From the NCBI GenBank assembly GCA_951406725.2, contig OX597815.1, forward strand, positions 21,080,001 to 21,144,000: a stretch of DNA of 64,000 nt. The letters run 5' to 3'. Below are positions 1 to 14,471 of the stretch, one piece after another. How positions within the stretch are numbered: position 1 is the stretch's first letter; every line of letters begins with the position of its first letter. This DNA comes from Octopus vulgaris (taxonomy: Eukaryota). The position numbers were made by a program, and so were the translations under genes. The notes beneath the pieces are model-generated. The model ran no database searches. It saw only the letters and a program-made list of their open reading frames with translations, and was not told where the DNA came from.

Positions 1-723
1 CACACACACACTCACACACACTTACATACATACACAAACACACATACACATACATATACATACACGCACATACACACACACACACACACACTCACACACA
101 CTTACATACATACACAAACACACATACACATACATATACATACACGCACACACACACACACACACACACATACACACATACACAAACACAAACACACATA
201 CATATACATACACGCACATACACACACACACACACTCACACACACTTACATACATACACAAACACACATACACATACATATACATACACGCACACACACA
301 CACACACACTCACACACACTTACATACATACACAAACACACATACACATACATATACATACACGCACATACACACACACACACACTCACACACACTTACA
401 TACATACACAAACACACATACACACTACATACACACACACACACACTCACACACACTTACATACATACACAAACACACATACACATACATATACATACAC
501 GCACATACACACACACACACACTCACACACACTTACATACATACACAAACACACATACACATACATATACATACACGCACATACACACACACACTCACAC
601 ACACTTACATACATACACAAACACACATACACATACATATACATACACGCACATACACACACACACACACTCACACACACTTACATACATACACAAACAC
701 ACATACACATACATATACATACA

Positions 724-778
<55 letters not shown>

Positions 779-876
779 AAACACACATACACATACATAT
801 ACATACACGCACATACACACACACACACATTCACACACACTTACATACATACACAAACACACATACACATACATAT

Positions 877-922
<46 letters not shown>

Positions 923-935
923 ACATACATACACT
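1..935. repeat. CA-rich compound minisatellite (unit about 65-75 bp)
   Basis: Recurring unit cacacactcacacacacttacatacatacacaaacacacatacacatacatatacatacacgcacata with variable (CA)n length. Confidence 0.9.
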
Positions 936-954
936 GAAATCTGAACCATCTGTG

Positions 955-1130
955 CAACTAGCTGGGATTGAAGACTACAGTTAGATGACGTCAGCTGGAC
1001 TTTCAGTTAAGCAGGTGTTCGGCACGTGACCCACGAACGGACTACCACAACACTAGTCGCGTGTCGGACGTCACATAAATTACATCTCCCCCGCTAACTG
1101 CGGACGCGTGACATAAGGCTGGAGTGACCT
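955..1130. promoter_or_regulatory. CpG-rich putative promoter/enhancer island
   Basis: TGACGTCA (CRE) 986-993, GCACGTGAC E-box 1022-1030, GACGTCA 1067-1073, ACGCGTGAC 1104-1112 and GACTAC motifs, in CpG-dense unique sequence followed by a GA-rich tract. Confidence 0.45.
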
Positions 1131-1442
1131 GATTTTTACACGAGAAAAACCTTTATCAAAGAACTAGTAAATGAGCTAGAGAGAGAGAGAGAGGAGAGAG
1201 GAGGGAGGGGGAGGAGGAGGAAGCGTGTGGGTGAGCGTGACAGGCAGACAGACAGGCAGACTGACAGAGAGAGTGAGAGAGAGGGGGAGAGTGATGGAGA
1301 TGTGGGGAAGAAAGTGAAGAGACGTGTGTGGTGGTGGTGGTGGCAGAGGGCGAGTTGGGGGAGGGATAAAGAAAACCAGAAATGAGTGACATTGACAAAA
1401 AAAAAAATTAAAGCGGGAGGGGGACGGTAATCTTTGTGTGTA

Positions 1443-1517
<75 letters not shown>

Positions 1518-2100
1518 TCTATATGCGTATGTGCGTCTAGAGAGCAGTCATGCTACTGGAACCGTCACTTAAAAGATTACACTCCACACACACTTATTAC
1601 CCTGCTGCACTTTGAAAATTAAGCTTCTTCCTTGTTCTTTTTTATTCACAATCTGTCTTTACTATATATATATATCTATATCTCTACCCTCTCTCTCTCT
1701 CTCTCTCTCTCTTACACATTCTCCTCTCTCCTTCTCTCTCACCTTCGCTCTCTTTCTATCTCTCTTCCTTTCACTTTCTACCCCCCCACTCACACACTGC
1801 CCTTTCTATTAACCTATCTGTTTACACCGAGATTTTTACTCTTGTTTGTTTTATCAGTCCTATTTATCTCAGCCCATGTGCGCGCATGTGTATATGTATA
1901 CTGTGTGTATGTGTATGTATATTGTGTGTATGTGTGTATGTATATATATTGCGTGTGTGTGTATGTATATTATATGTGTGTGTGTAAACAAACACACACA
2001 CACACACAGATCGCATATTTACTTGAAAATTTCAATAATTGTTTAATCTATGAAGCAGATCAATCTCTGGCATGGCGATGGATTAATAGAAATTAACATA

Positions 2101-2286
2101 GACGTAAGCGTGGATGTGTGATAAGAAGTTTGCTTCCCAGACACAAGGCTCCAGGTTCAGTCTCAGAGCGTGACACCTTAGGCAAGTCTCTTCTACCATA
2201 GCCTCGGACCGACCAAAGCCTTGCGGGTGGTTTTGTTAGACGTGAGCTGAAAGATGCCCGTTGTGTATACATATACACACACACAC

Positions 2287-2371
<85 letters not shown>

Positions 2372-2820
2372 GAGGCGCAATGGCCCAGTGGTTAGGGCAG
2401 CGGACTCGCGGTTGTAGGATCGCGGTTCCGATTCCCAGACCGGGCCTTGTGAGTGTTTATTGAGCGAAAACAACCAAAGCTCCACGAAACTCCGGCAGGG
2501 GGTAGTGGCGATCCCTGCTGTACTCTTTCGCTACAATTTTCTCTCACTCTTTCTTCTGTCGGCCTGCTCGCTTAGCCAACGGGGTGGCGTCATTTGAAGG
2601 CTAAAACAATGCGAAGCGCATTGTGACCAGCGATGTGTAGCAACATCTGATAGCCTCGTCGGTCATGTGATCATGTGTGATATATACATATATATGTGTG
2701 TGTGACTTTGTGTTTTTTGGTTCTCACCACCACCACCAAAGCTTGACAACCGGTGTTGGTATGTTTAAGTCCCTGTAAACCAGCGGTTCGGCAAAAGAAA
2801 CCGATCGAATAAGTACCAAT
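2101..2820 (+). mobile_element. tRNA-headed CORE-like SINE (family B) with internal microsatellite, interrupted by a nested SINE
   Basis: Head gcgtggatgtgtg...ggttcagt, CORE-like ccttaggcaagt, then (CA)n/(TG)n. The 3' part gcttgacaaccggtgttgg...aataagtac resumes after 2700. Matches the copy at 58656-59014. Confidence 0.75.
2371..2680 (+). mobile_element. tRNA-derived SINE (family C) nested in the family B microsatellite
   Basis: A-box-like tggcccagtggttagg, B-box-like ggttccgattccc, a distinct body, and a short repeated tail catgtgatcatgtg. Confidence 0.7.
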
Positions 2821-3068
2821 TGAACACTGTAATCGACCTCCTCCCGTCCCCGAAATTACTGACCAAAATTAGAAAAAAATAAACGATATTAGTCTTCCTT
2901 GTGTGAGAATGTATATGTATGTTTGTGAATGGCTAAAAAGTTCGCTTTGCATCCAAGTATCTTTCACTCTGGCCCCGCGCCGACCAATATCTTGTGAGTG
3001 AGTTTGTAAGACCGGAACGTTCACACACGCACGCTCACCCACGCACACACGCACACACACACTCACAC

Positions 3069-3134
<66 letters not shown>

Positions 3135-3165
3135 GATTCTGTTTCCAATATCTGTAGAAACCCAA

Positions 3166-3732
3166 GGCGACGAGCTGGCAGAAACGTTAGCATGCCGGGC
3201 GAAATGCTTAGCGGTATTTCGTCTGCCGTTACGTTCTGAGTTCAAATTCTGCCGAGGTCGACTTTGCCCTTCATCCTTTCAGGGTCGATAAATTAAGTAC
3301 CAGTTACGCACAGAGGTCGATGTAATCGACTTAATCCGTTTGTCTGTCCTTGTTTGTCCTCTCTGTGTTTAGCCCCTTGTGGGTAGTAAAGAAATATGTA
3401 TTTTATCTACCGTTACGTTCTGAGTTTGCCTTTCATCCATTCGGGGTCGATAAATTAAGTACCAGTTACGCACTGGTGTTCGATGTAATCGACTTAATCC
3501 CTTTTATCTGGCCTTTTTGTCCCCTCTATGTTTAGCCCCTTGTGGGCAATAAAGAAATAAGAAACGTTAGCACGCCAGGCGAAATGCTTAGCGGCATTTC
3601 GTCTGCATTTACGACTTCTCCTTTCATCCTTTCGAGGTCGATAAATTAAGTACCAGTTGCGTACTGGGGCCGATCTAATCGACTGGCCCACTCCCCAAAA
3701 ATTCTGGGCCTTGTACCTATAGTAGAAAAGAA
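3166..3732 (+). mobile_element. Head-to-tail trimer of SINE family A (Meta-domain-like core)
   Basis: Three successive units (3166-3396, 3397-3560, 3561-3732), each with the core cctt(t)catcc...ggtcgataaattaagtaccag. The first two end in ...aaagaaata; the third has an alternative tail. Confidence 0.85.
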
Positions 3733-4777
3733 TATATCTAGTACCTAGCTACTTTTAAAGTCTGTTTGTCACAAATGGGAAGACGGAGAATCAGTAAAGG
3801 AACGTTTACGTAAAAATGCGAATTGCTTGAAATAGCAGCCAAATGTCTTTCTCAAAAACATTAGCAACGATATGCATAGGATGAATAATTCCTAAGCTTG
3901 AATAAAAGAAAAGATGCCATAGTTTGGCCAGAATCAAAACTGATCTAAAGCTAAACAACAAGGAAATAGTAAATTAATAATAGATAGCCCCTATTATATG
4001 TATTAATGTATTATTTATAAATTTCCCATTAAAATGATATTGATGTATTATTAATGATACAGGGACTTCACGTACTATTAATTCGCAATTTGTCCTTGTT
4101 ATGTGAAACAAATGAGAACATTTATCTTCACAAAACGCCATCCATGCAGCAAGTAAAAATGAAGTAATCAGTTGAAGATGTTTTCAGTCCGAAACTTTTT
4201 TAAGATTGTAGTTGAATGAATGGAAGAATGAAGGAATGAATGAAGGAATGAATGAATGAATGAATGAATGAATGAGACAATCATGTGTACCGTGATGAAA
4301 AATGGGATCCGGCATTTTGCTCAGGGCTCTTTATTTAATACATGAGAAATGTGTTGAAAAATTTGTGCAGAACAACAGAAGAAACGACGAAGCAGTGAAC
4401 CTGGTTAATGTTTCTTTCCTTGTCGGATTCACTCGGTTTCTTCCCCATAATTCAAAGTCTAAAGTTTAAACAATTTTTCGTTGCAACATTAATGTTGCTG
4501 GAAGTCAATAGTCTTTGAATGCTTTTTCAAAGTGTTTATTTAACAACAGACTATGTCATTTTTCTGGGTTAATTATTTCAGTTAAGGATTGACTTTTAAT
4601 TAATATTTCAATGATTTGATAATGGTTCATACCACATGGTGGATTGCCATTCTACCATGTTATAATTCATTCATACGATTCTTATTTTTTCCGATTTTTC
4701 TTATTGATCACATCACGCTACTGTCGAAAATAGATGAATCCAGATCTTGGTCCTATCTAACAATTTACTTCTGCCAT

Positions 4778-4977
4778 ATTGGTTTCAAATAGTGACACAA
4801 GGTCAGCAATTTCGGGGGATGGAGTAAGTCGAATACATCGAGCCCAGTGTTCATCGGCCCCGGAAGGATGAAAAGCAAAGTTGACTTCGGTGGAATTTGA
4901 ACTCACAAGGTAAAGACAGACGAAAAGCTGCTCAGCATTTTGCACGGCGCGGTAATGATTCTGCCAGCTCACCGCCT
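4778..4977 (-). mobile_element. Diverged SINE family A copy (alternative tail)
   Basis: Reverse complement reads aggcggtgagctggcagaatc...tgagttcaaattccaccgaagtcaactttgcttttcatccttccgggg. Confidence 0.75.
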
Positions 4978-6207
4978 TTTTGTCAAACGTAATATCTGAA
5001 AGAGAAAATAATTTTACGGTTTCGGGATCAGTCCTTCACTGAAAACAAATGACTTATCTTCACTTTTTTAATGAACTTGATGCACAATATTATTTCATTG
5101 TGTAAACAATATTGAACTTTATGGACGAATACCACTAGTTTCCTAAGACCTTAGTGCTTTACTTTATTATATTAAATAATATTCGGTTTTTCAATTTTTA
5201 TATCGCATTTTAGAGAACATGACTGGAAGACCTTCGTTTCATTTGATTCCCTCAATTTTTACCAGAAAAAGTGGTTTTCTAATAAAATGCCATGTTCTTT
5301 TATGCCTATGTGCGTGTCTTTATGCGGATTTGTATATATCTATTCTAAATGGATGGGTTCGTGATTCAGATATCAACAAGCAATTGTGCTTTTTATAGAA
5401 GAGTAGAGTTACTTTCAACAATATAGACGTATTTTCAATGGGATGAAAATTTGCAAGTATTTAAGATTGTGAACAACTACTAAGTACTTCAGAGTATCTC
5501 TCTTCAGACCACATCCTTATTTACTTACCGTTCTATATTGTTTGCAACTCTCTTGTTATAGCAGATTGTGTAGAGTTTAGGCATGTAATTGGCATGCAGC
5601 TTTTTTTTAACAATAAGATTCCTCCTTTCTTAGTAAGCAATGTTTTCCATACAACTGCTCAGCAATCTGGAATACTGTCCAGGGCATTCGTCTATCTGAT
5701 TATCAGGTCTCTTCTACTTGACGCAGAAGAGACCAAATAATCAACTTACTTGAAGGAAGAAGTGACATGTGCATGATATTTGCTCAGTAGTTCGTTTAAT
5801 CATGCTACATCTCAGGTATCCTGAAGAAACATTCCAGTTCCTTCTCAAGAATGACTTCACTTGTGGATTCTCAACTAAGTTACATGAGGGAATGCTGAAC
5901 ACAAAATCTTATCATTGCCATTTCGATGTCATAAACAAATTACACTAGATGAAAACGAGAGATTTCATAGGTTGTTGTTATGGAGGATATCAGATAGAAA
6001 TATTTAATGGAATATACCAAAATCATAGATTCTGCCTTCCGTCCCTCTTCCGTGACAAAATTAAAACACAGTAATTTTCTGAGATAGAAGCAGCCAGTCA
6101 ACAAAAACGAAAGAAAAAATCATTGTTGATATGTGTCTGCACCGATGTGTGTGTTAAAACGAAAGAAAAAAATATATTGTTGATATATGTACATGAGCAC
6201 GCGTGTA

Positions 6208-6565
<358 letters not shown>

Positions 6566-7642
6566 TTACTGTCCATTAGTATTTTGCTGATAACGTAATT
6601 ACAGATCCTAAATTCTTTCATAAACGGATCATTTCCCCACTTTTCTTGTTACTGCCCCGTAATATAAATTATTATAGCATATTTTGGGGAGCAAATGCAT
6701 TTACCCCTGTGTTTATGAGTTAGTTATTTCGTTAACCATCTAATGTTCAAATGCTCAAACTGGATATAATTCTGTTACATCGGATTTAGGTTGGCTACAC
6801 ATTTAAGATTAACGTGTTATTTTCTTCACTTCCTGTGTACTCCATTAATTTCAAATGTTTTTGTTGAATATTGTTTTGTGTTTGTTGTGCACATCCATTT
6901 TGACTGGTAAATACTGTTGTGTCTTCAATGATCCCAAGGAGTCACGTGAGTAATGACTTTTCCTGTTGAACTGACCTTGTGATATATCAATCAATGTACT
7001 CTAATCTAATATGTCTTCATTAACGACATCGGATTTAAAGAATTTCTCTTCTTTTCGCCTGGCATCGATATAGAAGCATCTGTAAAAGTTCATTCCTACT
7101 TCCTACATAGTTCCTGACCTTCATCATTCGTTTACTCCCTCGACAAGGAACTTATTATTGATCCACGTTATACAATCGGTTATCCCTAACTCCAAGTCTA
7201 ATCCTTCTGCATGCTACAAAGTTGTCAATTGCTGTATCATTCAGAGCAGTCTTAATAATTATCTTCCACATATATTTAGATTTTGATTTGTTTCCAGAAA
7301 CATCGTATCAACTTAGTCATCACCTCTTGAACAACAAATATATCCATCAAGACAACTCAACACTAGGCGTCATTTATTAAAATTCTTTCTGTGTTACTTG
7401 TAACATATCTTAGTCAATTTTCTTTAGTCTGAAATTGCGATAGATTAAGTTTTCGACAGAGACGAGAATATCAGAACTTTGGAAATAGATTTGCTTATAT
7501 TGAAATTACATCATGGAAAAGTCAGTTTAACTACTTAAGAATGTATATATATTTATACGTATATATGTATGTATATATAGTTAAGAATATGTGTGTGCGT
7601 TTGTGTGTGTGAGAGAGACAGTGCGTGTGTGCGCGTTTGTGT

Positions 7643-7872
7643 GGAGGCGCGTGGTTTAGTTGTTAAGGTGTTGCACTCATGACGTAAGACTGTGTTTTCT
7701 ATTCCTGGACCAGGCAATACATTGTGTTCTTGAGCAAAACTTCATTTCACGTTGCTCCAGTCCACTCAGCTGGCAAAAATGAGTAAACCAGCGTCTCGTC
7801 CTAGAAGGAAAAATATATGCCAAAGGATCCGGGGAAACCGGCCCAATAATGAACATATGACTAAGGAAGGAC
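7643..7872 (+). mobile_element. tRNA-headed SINE (family D)
   Basis: ggaggcgcgtggtttagttgttaagg head and cttgagcaaaacttcatttcacgttgctccagtccactcagctg core. Related segments at about 14545-14670 (+), 23180-23520 (-), 38790-38955 (-) and 56765-56840 (-). Confidence 0.7.
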
Positions 7873-8993
7873 GTTTGATCCTTTTTGATTGATGTGTGTG
7901 TGTCTGTGTCTGTGTATACCGTTTGGTACTAATACTACTTCTGTCACTAATAATTGATTTTTTTAAAACATAAGCCTGCTGGCTATTTGCGACACTAGCT
8001 CCTGAAAAGATACTGATATTCTATGTATACTGTAGCAGCCAGATTTGACTGATATGCGGTCACACGGTGCTTTCCACTGTGGGTTCCAGCAGAACAAAAT
8101 CACGTGCTATGGGAATTCCGGCACTCAGGGCGGACGAATTTTATCTGTTACGACCTGTGTGTGAGCTTTTTATGCACAAGCACCGTTGAGTATCTCTCAA
8201 GGCTAATAACGCAGTATTCGGTGTTCTAACAAGGCATTCGTGTTTAGTTGGATATAAAGAATGCCAATTGATATTTATTCTTTTATTCTTTTACTTGTTT
8301 CAGTCATTTGATTGTGGCCATACTGTTTGTGTGTGTATGTTTATGTATGTGTGTGCATGTGTGTGTATGTGTGTTTGTGTGTGCATACGTGTTAGTGAGT
8401 ACACGTAAGCACTTCAATATGGCTATTATTTGTAATATAAATATGTACATATGCACTCACGAACACACGCATGCGCACACATGCATACACACACACATAC
8501 TCACACACACACATACACACACACACGGATACGCATACAGTATCATAGGATTTTATCCCGCTATCAAAAATAAACGAAGTGATTATACTACATGATTTTA
8601 TCTCCCCAAGCAGAGAAAACGGGATCGGTTCGAATTGTTTCTAGACTTCTTAGATCCTCATTATCCCCACTACCAAAAAGTTTAGAAACTAGTCGAATCG
8701 ATTCCACTGGGAGAAAAACTTGTGACGAAACTACCATTGTATGCTTTTCAAAAAGCACGGTATACCTTACATTACACTTCAAATAAATTGCTTTCAAATC
8801 TTGGCAGAAGGCCCCTAATTTTGGGGGAAGAGGTAAATTTATTACAGCGACTCAAGAACTCAACTGGTACTTATTTTGTCGACCCCGAAAGAATGAAAGC
8901 CAATGTCGATCTCGGTGGAATTTTAACTCAGTTGATAAAGGACAAATGCCTTAGTTCACATTATGTATTAACACTATCATAGTAATATATAAA

Positions 8994-9262
8994 GGTGGCG
9001 AGCTGGCAGAAACGTCAGCACGCCGGGAGAAATGCTTATCGGTATTTCGTCTGCCGTTACGTTCTGAGTTCAAATTCCGCCGAGGTCGACTTTGCCTTTC
9101 ATCTTTTCGTGGTCGATTAAATAAGTACCAGTTACGCACTGGGGACGATATAATCGACTTAATCCGTTTGTCTGTCCTTGTTTGTCCCCTCTGTGTTTAG
9201 CCCCTTGTGGGTAGTAAAGAAATAGGTATTTCGTCTGCCGCTACGTTCTGAGTTCAAATTCC
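8994..9262 (+). mobile_element. SINE family A, full unit plus partial internal re-entry
   Basis: Full unit to aaagaaata (9224), followed directly by ggtatttcgtctgccgctacgttctgagttcaaattcc, a repeat of its own internal sequence. A degenerate inverted copy lies at about 8785-8955. Confidence 0.85.
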
Positions 9263-10489
9263 ACACTTATTGGTTCAGTGTTATTTTACAACCTAGTTTT
9301 GTCTTTGTGAAGCTCTTCCCTAGTTCCTTAGGGACAGCAAATGACAAATGTCATACTTGAAAATGGGGTGCAATCAGTATGATATTTGTCATCTGCTGGG
9401 TTTGACCTTGCCTGAGAAGCAATACAAAGATATGCCGTCGGTCTCGACGATGAGTATTCAGTGAATTCCTACTCGGGAAATTAACATATAGGTGGTTGAG
9501 TATTCTGTCTGAGAGAAAGAGTGATGAGTCGACCCCCAGTATTAAACTTATTGATCAACCGCAGTACTTGACTTGTACTTTAATGATCCCGGGATGCTGA
9601 AAAGCAAAAATTGACCTGAGAAGGATTTGAACTCTGTGCGTAAAGAACCTTTAAGCGTTTTTCCGACTCTAACAATTCAGCCACAGATTATTTGGTTCCA
9701 TATAGTTGTTTCTGATGTAGCCACTTGACCAGCAGTTTGGAGGAGAGGATGTTGGTCGATACCATTGATTCTAGAGCTATTAGGCAAGTACTTTATTTCA
9801 ATGTCACCGGATGGATAAAAGGCAATGTCGTCCTCCGCGGGATTTGAAATCAGAACTCAAAGAAAGAAGGCTTTTTTCTCTTTTCCGACGCTTTAACGAT
9901 TTACCTCTTCGTATTTTCTATGGGGACAAAACGATAACTAAAAGTTATATAATAGCAAATAATGTTAATATTACCTCCCTTGGCTGTTTCTTATGTTTGT
10001 TCTACTCGTATTTTTTGAGTACCTATTGTCGTTCAGTTATGAGATCTGAATTGTTTGTATTTATCACTGTTTCTGTCGTTTGTTTTACTGGACATCATTG
10101 CATGTTACAATATTTTCACATTTATTTTCGGTGGATGTAAATTTTTCTTGTTTGAAAATTATTTGCTTTTTGTATGTTGCTTTTATTGCTTTATACGGTT
10201 CTCTGAAATTTTTCCAATATATTTGTCTGGTATCCTTATATCTCTTTTAGATGTTTGCATCAAAATACAATACACATAAACACAATTATTTTCCCAAAGA
10301 CTGTGTATAAAATGGCATTAACGTTTTAAAAAGTAACGTCTCGCTGTGAAATAATATAGAAACATATTCACCTAATATTTATTTAATCCTTTCGGGTTTC
10401 TATTTACTCATATTTGTTTTTCATTTTTATCTATTTGTTTTAGCATAGATTATAGTCACTTTTTTGTTACAAACCATTCCTAAAGTTAA

Positions 10490-10721
10490 GGCGGCGAGCT
10501 GGCAGAAGCGTTAGCACGCCGGGCGAAATGCTTAGCAGTATTTCGTCTGCCGTTACGTTCTGAGTTCAAATTTCGCCGAGGTCGACTTTGCCTTTCATCC
10601 TTTCGGGGTCGATAATTTAAGTACCAGTTATGCACTGGGGTCGATGTAATCGGCTTAATCCCTTTGTCTGTCCTTGTTTGTCCCCTCTATGTTTAGCCCC
10701 TTGTGGGCAATAAAGAAATAA
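10490..10721 (+). mobile_element. SINE family A full-length monomer with probable target-site duplication
   Basis: ggcggcgagctggcagaagcg...ttgtgggcaataaagaaataa, flanked by accattcctaaag (10473-10485) and accattactaaag (10725-10737). Confidence 0.88.
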
Positions 10722-11199
10722 AACACCATTACTAAAGATTTAATATTTGATACTCTTAGCATATCAACTCCAAAATTAGGGCAGCTGATTAGTTTTCAAA
10801 CACTATTTGTATTGTTTGTTGTATAGCTAGTGATAAATTTGTCTGGTTTTGCTTATTATAATTTTTCATAAATTGTTGGAAAAGCGGGGCAATTCGCATG
10901 ACATTTGAAGGCCCTTCCAAAGAGACTAAGATCGATGTGTATGATTGAAGCGCAGCCTTAACATCTAAATGTCAACATCTACCAGAAAAAGTGTTTGGAA
11001 ACTGTTTAGTCCGAATAGTAAGACTACCTGGGTATCAGATGGTGTTAAAACGGATGTCATGCTATATACTTGCCACTCAGCCGCCATGTTTTGCACTGAT
11101 TTTATTTGATATTAGAGACTCATAGTCGGCAACCAGTGAAAACGTGTTTAATACTCAAACATCTATAATATTTGTAATTTGTGTTGTTCATGTTTTTAT

Positions 11200-11935
<736 letters not shown>

Positions 11936-12299
11936 ATAAAGTTTTGTTGTTATATTTATAGATGTTGTAAAGAGATGTTATAAGCGAACTAATTCTAAAT
12001 ACAGATTCAGTTTCCTGTTTAAAGCGCTATTATTTATGATGCGAATACTTTATGTATTCGTATGTACAAGAATAACCATCTACACTGCTATTTCGAAAGA
12101 GTAGTTTGCGATTTTGGTGAAATATTGGTAGAAATTAAGAAAAATTATATTTACTGCAGATATACAAATGACAAATTTGTTTCATTAAATCTATTTTAAT
12201 GTAGGAGATATTTTTCATTTGAAAATTGATATTCATTATATCATTTTTATAGCGAGCTAGAAGTTTGATAAAAGTTAAAGTATGCTCTCATTGTATACT

Positions 12300-12582
12300 C
12301 TTTTACTCTTTTACTCTTTTACTTGTTTCAGTCATTTGACTGCGGCCATGCTGGAGCACCGCCATTAGTCGAGCATATCGACCCCGGGACTTATTCTTTG
12401 TAAGCCCAGTACTTATTCTATCGGTCTCTTTTTGCCGAGCCGCTAGTTGACGGGGACGTAAACACACCAGCAACGGTTGTCAAGCAATGCTAGGGGGACA
12501 AACACACACACACAAACACACACACACACACAAATATATATACATATATATATATATATACATATATACGACAGGCTTCTTT
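12300..12582 (-). mobile_element. SINE family B, 3' portion
   Basis: Reverse complement of ...ggtgctccagcatggccgcagtcaaatgactgaaacaagtaaaa(agagtaaaa)n tail, with the internal microsatellite. Confidence 0.8.
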
Positions 12583-13311
12583 CAAAGTTAATCATCATAT
12601 TACAGGTAACAGTAGTAACACGCTCGTATATATGTGTGTGTGTGTGTGTGAGATTGCGTGCATGCGTGCGTGTGTGTATTGCATTTATGAGTGTGCAAGT
12701 GTGTGTGTGTGTGTGTGTGTGTAGCGTTGATACAGTTTTTTTCATTTGTCGTTCCTGTTGCACATGGTTCCACGTTGATGTGTGCTTATATTACCTATAT
12801 TAACCATCGCTATGTCGGGGACAAGTGAAAGAGTTATAAGCTGAAAAAGGCTTTCAGCCAAAACTATTTATAATATTTTCCACTTCCCAATATTAATAAT
12901 ACTGCACGAACAACGCGTAATGAGTATCTAAAATGCAAACCATGTTTGCCTTCAGGAAATTTTTTGAATGCAATAATGAATTCATAGAATAAAGAGGTTG
13001 GTCTGTCTAGGCAAGCTACGTTCAAACCCTTTCTCTATAGGCACGTACAAATTCTATGACCCAAATTGATCCCATCAATATCTACTCTTTGGATATACTA
13101 ATTTGTTCATCTTTATTTTTCTAGATTTTTTTCAATTCAATACAAGCTGCTTAATATGTAGTTGATTTAATATTCGATTCTAAGATGTCGGAGTTGAAAA
13201 TAAGCAATTAATATATATTCAATATTTGTGTCAGTAATCAAGTAATGAATAAACTCAAATTGTGTGTCGTTGTGTGCGTGCTTGCGTGTGCATCTCTATG
13301 CGTGTCCGTAT

Positions 13312-13375
<64 letters not shown>

Positions 13376-13382
13376 TACATAC

Positions 13383-13441
<59 letters not shown>

Positions 13442-13570
13442 TACATACATATATATATATACATATATATATATGTATGTATGTATGTGTGTATATACAA
13501 GCTATATTTTTATATATCCATATAGATTTGTATGTGTATTTGTGTGTCTATACATGCATATATATGTGTG

Positions 13571-13606
<36 letters not shown>

Positions 13607-14218
13607 CATATATGTATGTATGTATATGCATGTATATACATATATATGTACATACATGTATACATATACATATATAAATACTCATACATACTTTCGTCAT
13701 ATTTGTGTGTTTGGTAGTCAGTTTTCTTCAATCGGCATACCACTAGGCAGTCGTGTCTAGAGTTTTGGGTTGGCACTATACACCTCCGGGCTTATTAAAG
13801 ACCGTTCTTAATCTAATGATATTTGATTAATCGCACTCGGAATTTTGTAATAGTTGAAAATAATATACTGTCCTATGGTTGTAATATTTGATGTAGAAGG
13901 AAAGTACTGATTGGTGATGAGGCTTTTAGACGGTAGAGTGAGAAACAGAATAATTTGCTGTATTTAGTTATGTCTCTCGATGTTCCGATTTCAAATGCAG
14001 CCGAGGTCAATTTTGTCCTCTGTTATTCCAGAAGTCGATAAAATATATTAAGATATATTTATTAGTGATCAATATACTCTACTGCTTTCTCTCATCGATA
14101 AATTCTTGATTAAACTTGATTAAAGTTAGAAACCATTATTATCACAATTACCCTCGCCAAACCGCACCTTCCCACCCCGCCTCCATCATAATCTTCATTA
14201 TCGTTATCATTGTCGTCG

Positions 14219-14249
<31 letters not shown>

Positions 14250-14394
14250 TGTCATCATCATCATCACCACCGCCATAATTGTGATCATTATTTCGTTACT
14301 TGCGATGTGCTTTCAACATATAACCGAAGGTAACTCCGATGGTTTATGCATATTCAGTGTATAATTGTGCATGTACTTATGTATATTTATATAT

Positions 14395-14471
<77 letters not shown>

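Noticed and set aside
1-935. Regularly spaced repeats resembling an array (CRISPR-like)
   Set aside because: No unique spacers, eukaryotic context, simple CA-derived minisatellite.
2371-2445. tRNA-like sequences here and at 7643, 11371 and 23450
   Set aside because: They are SINE or repeat heads without a complete cloverleaf or acceptor stem, so they were not called tRNA genes.
4275-4310. DEKW-like mariner motif
   Set aside because: Four residues only, with no supporting flanking homology.
8588-8797. Overlapping non-repetitive ORFs on both strands (64-69 aa)
   Set aside because: No recognisable domain or convincing splice signals.
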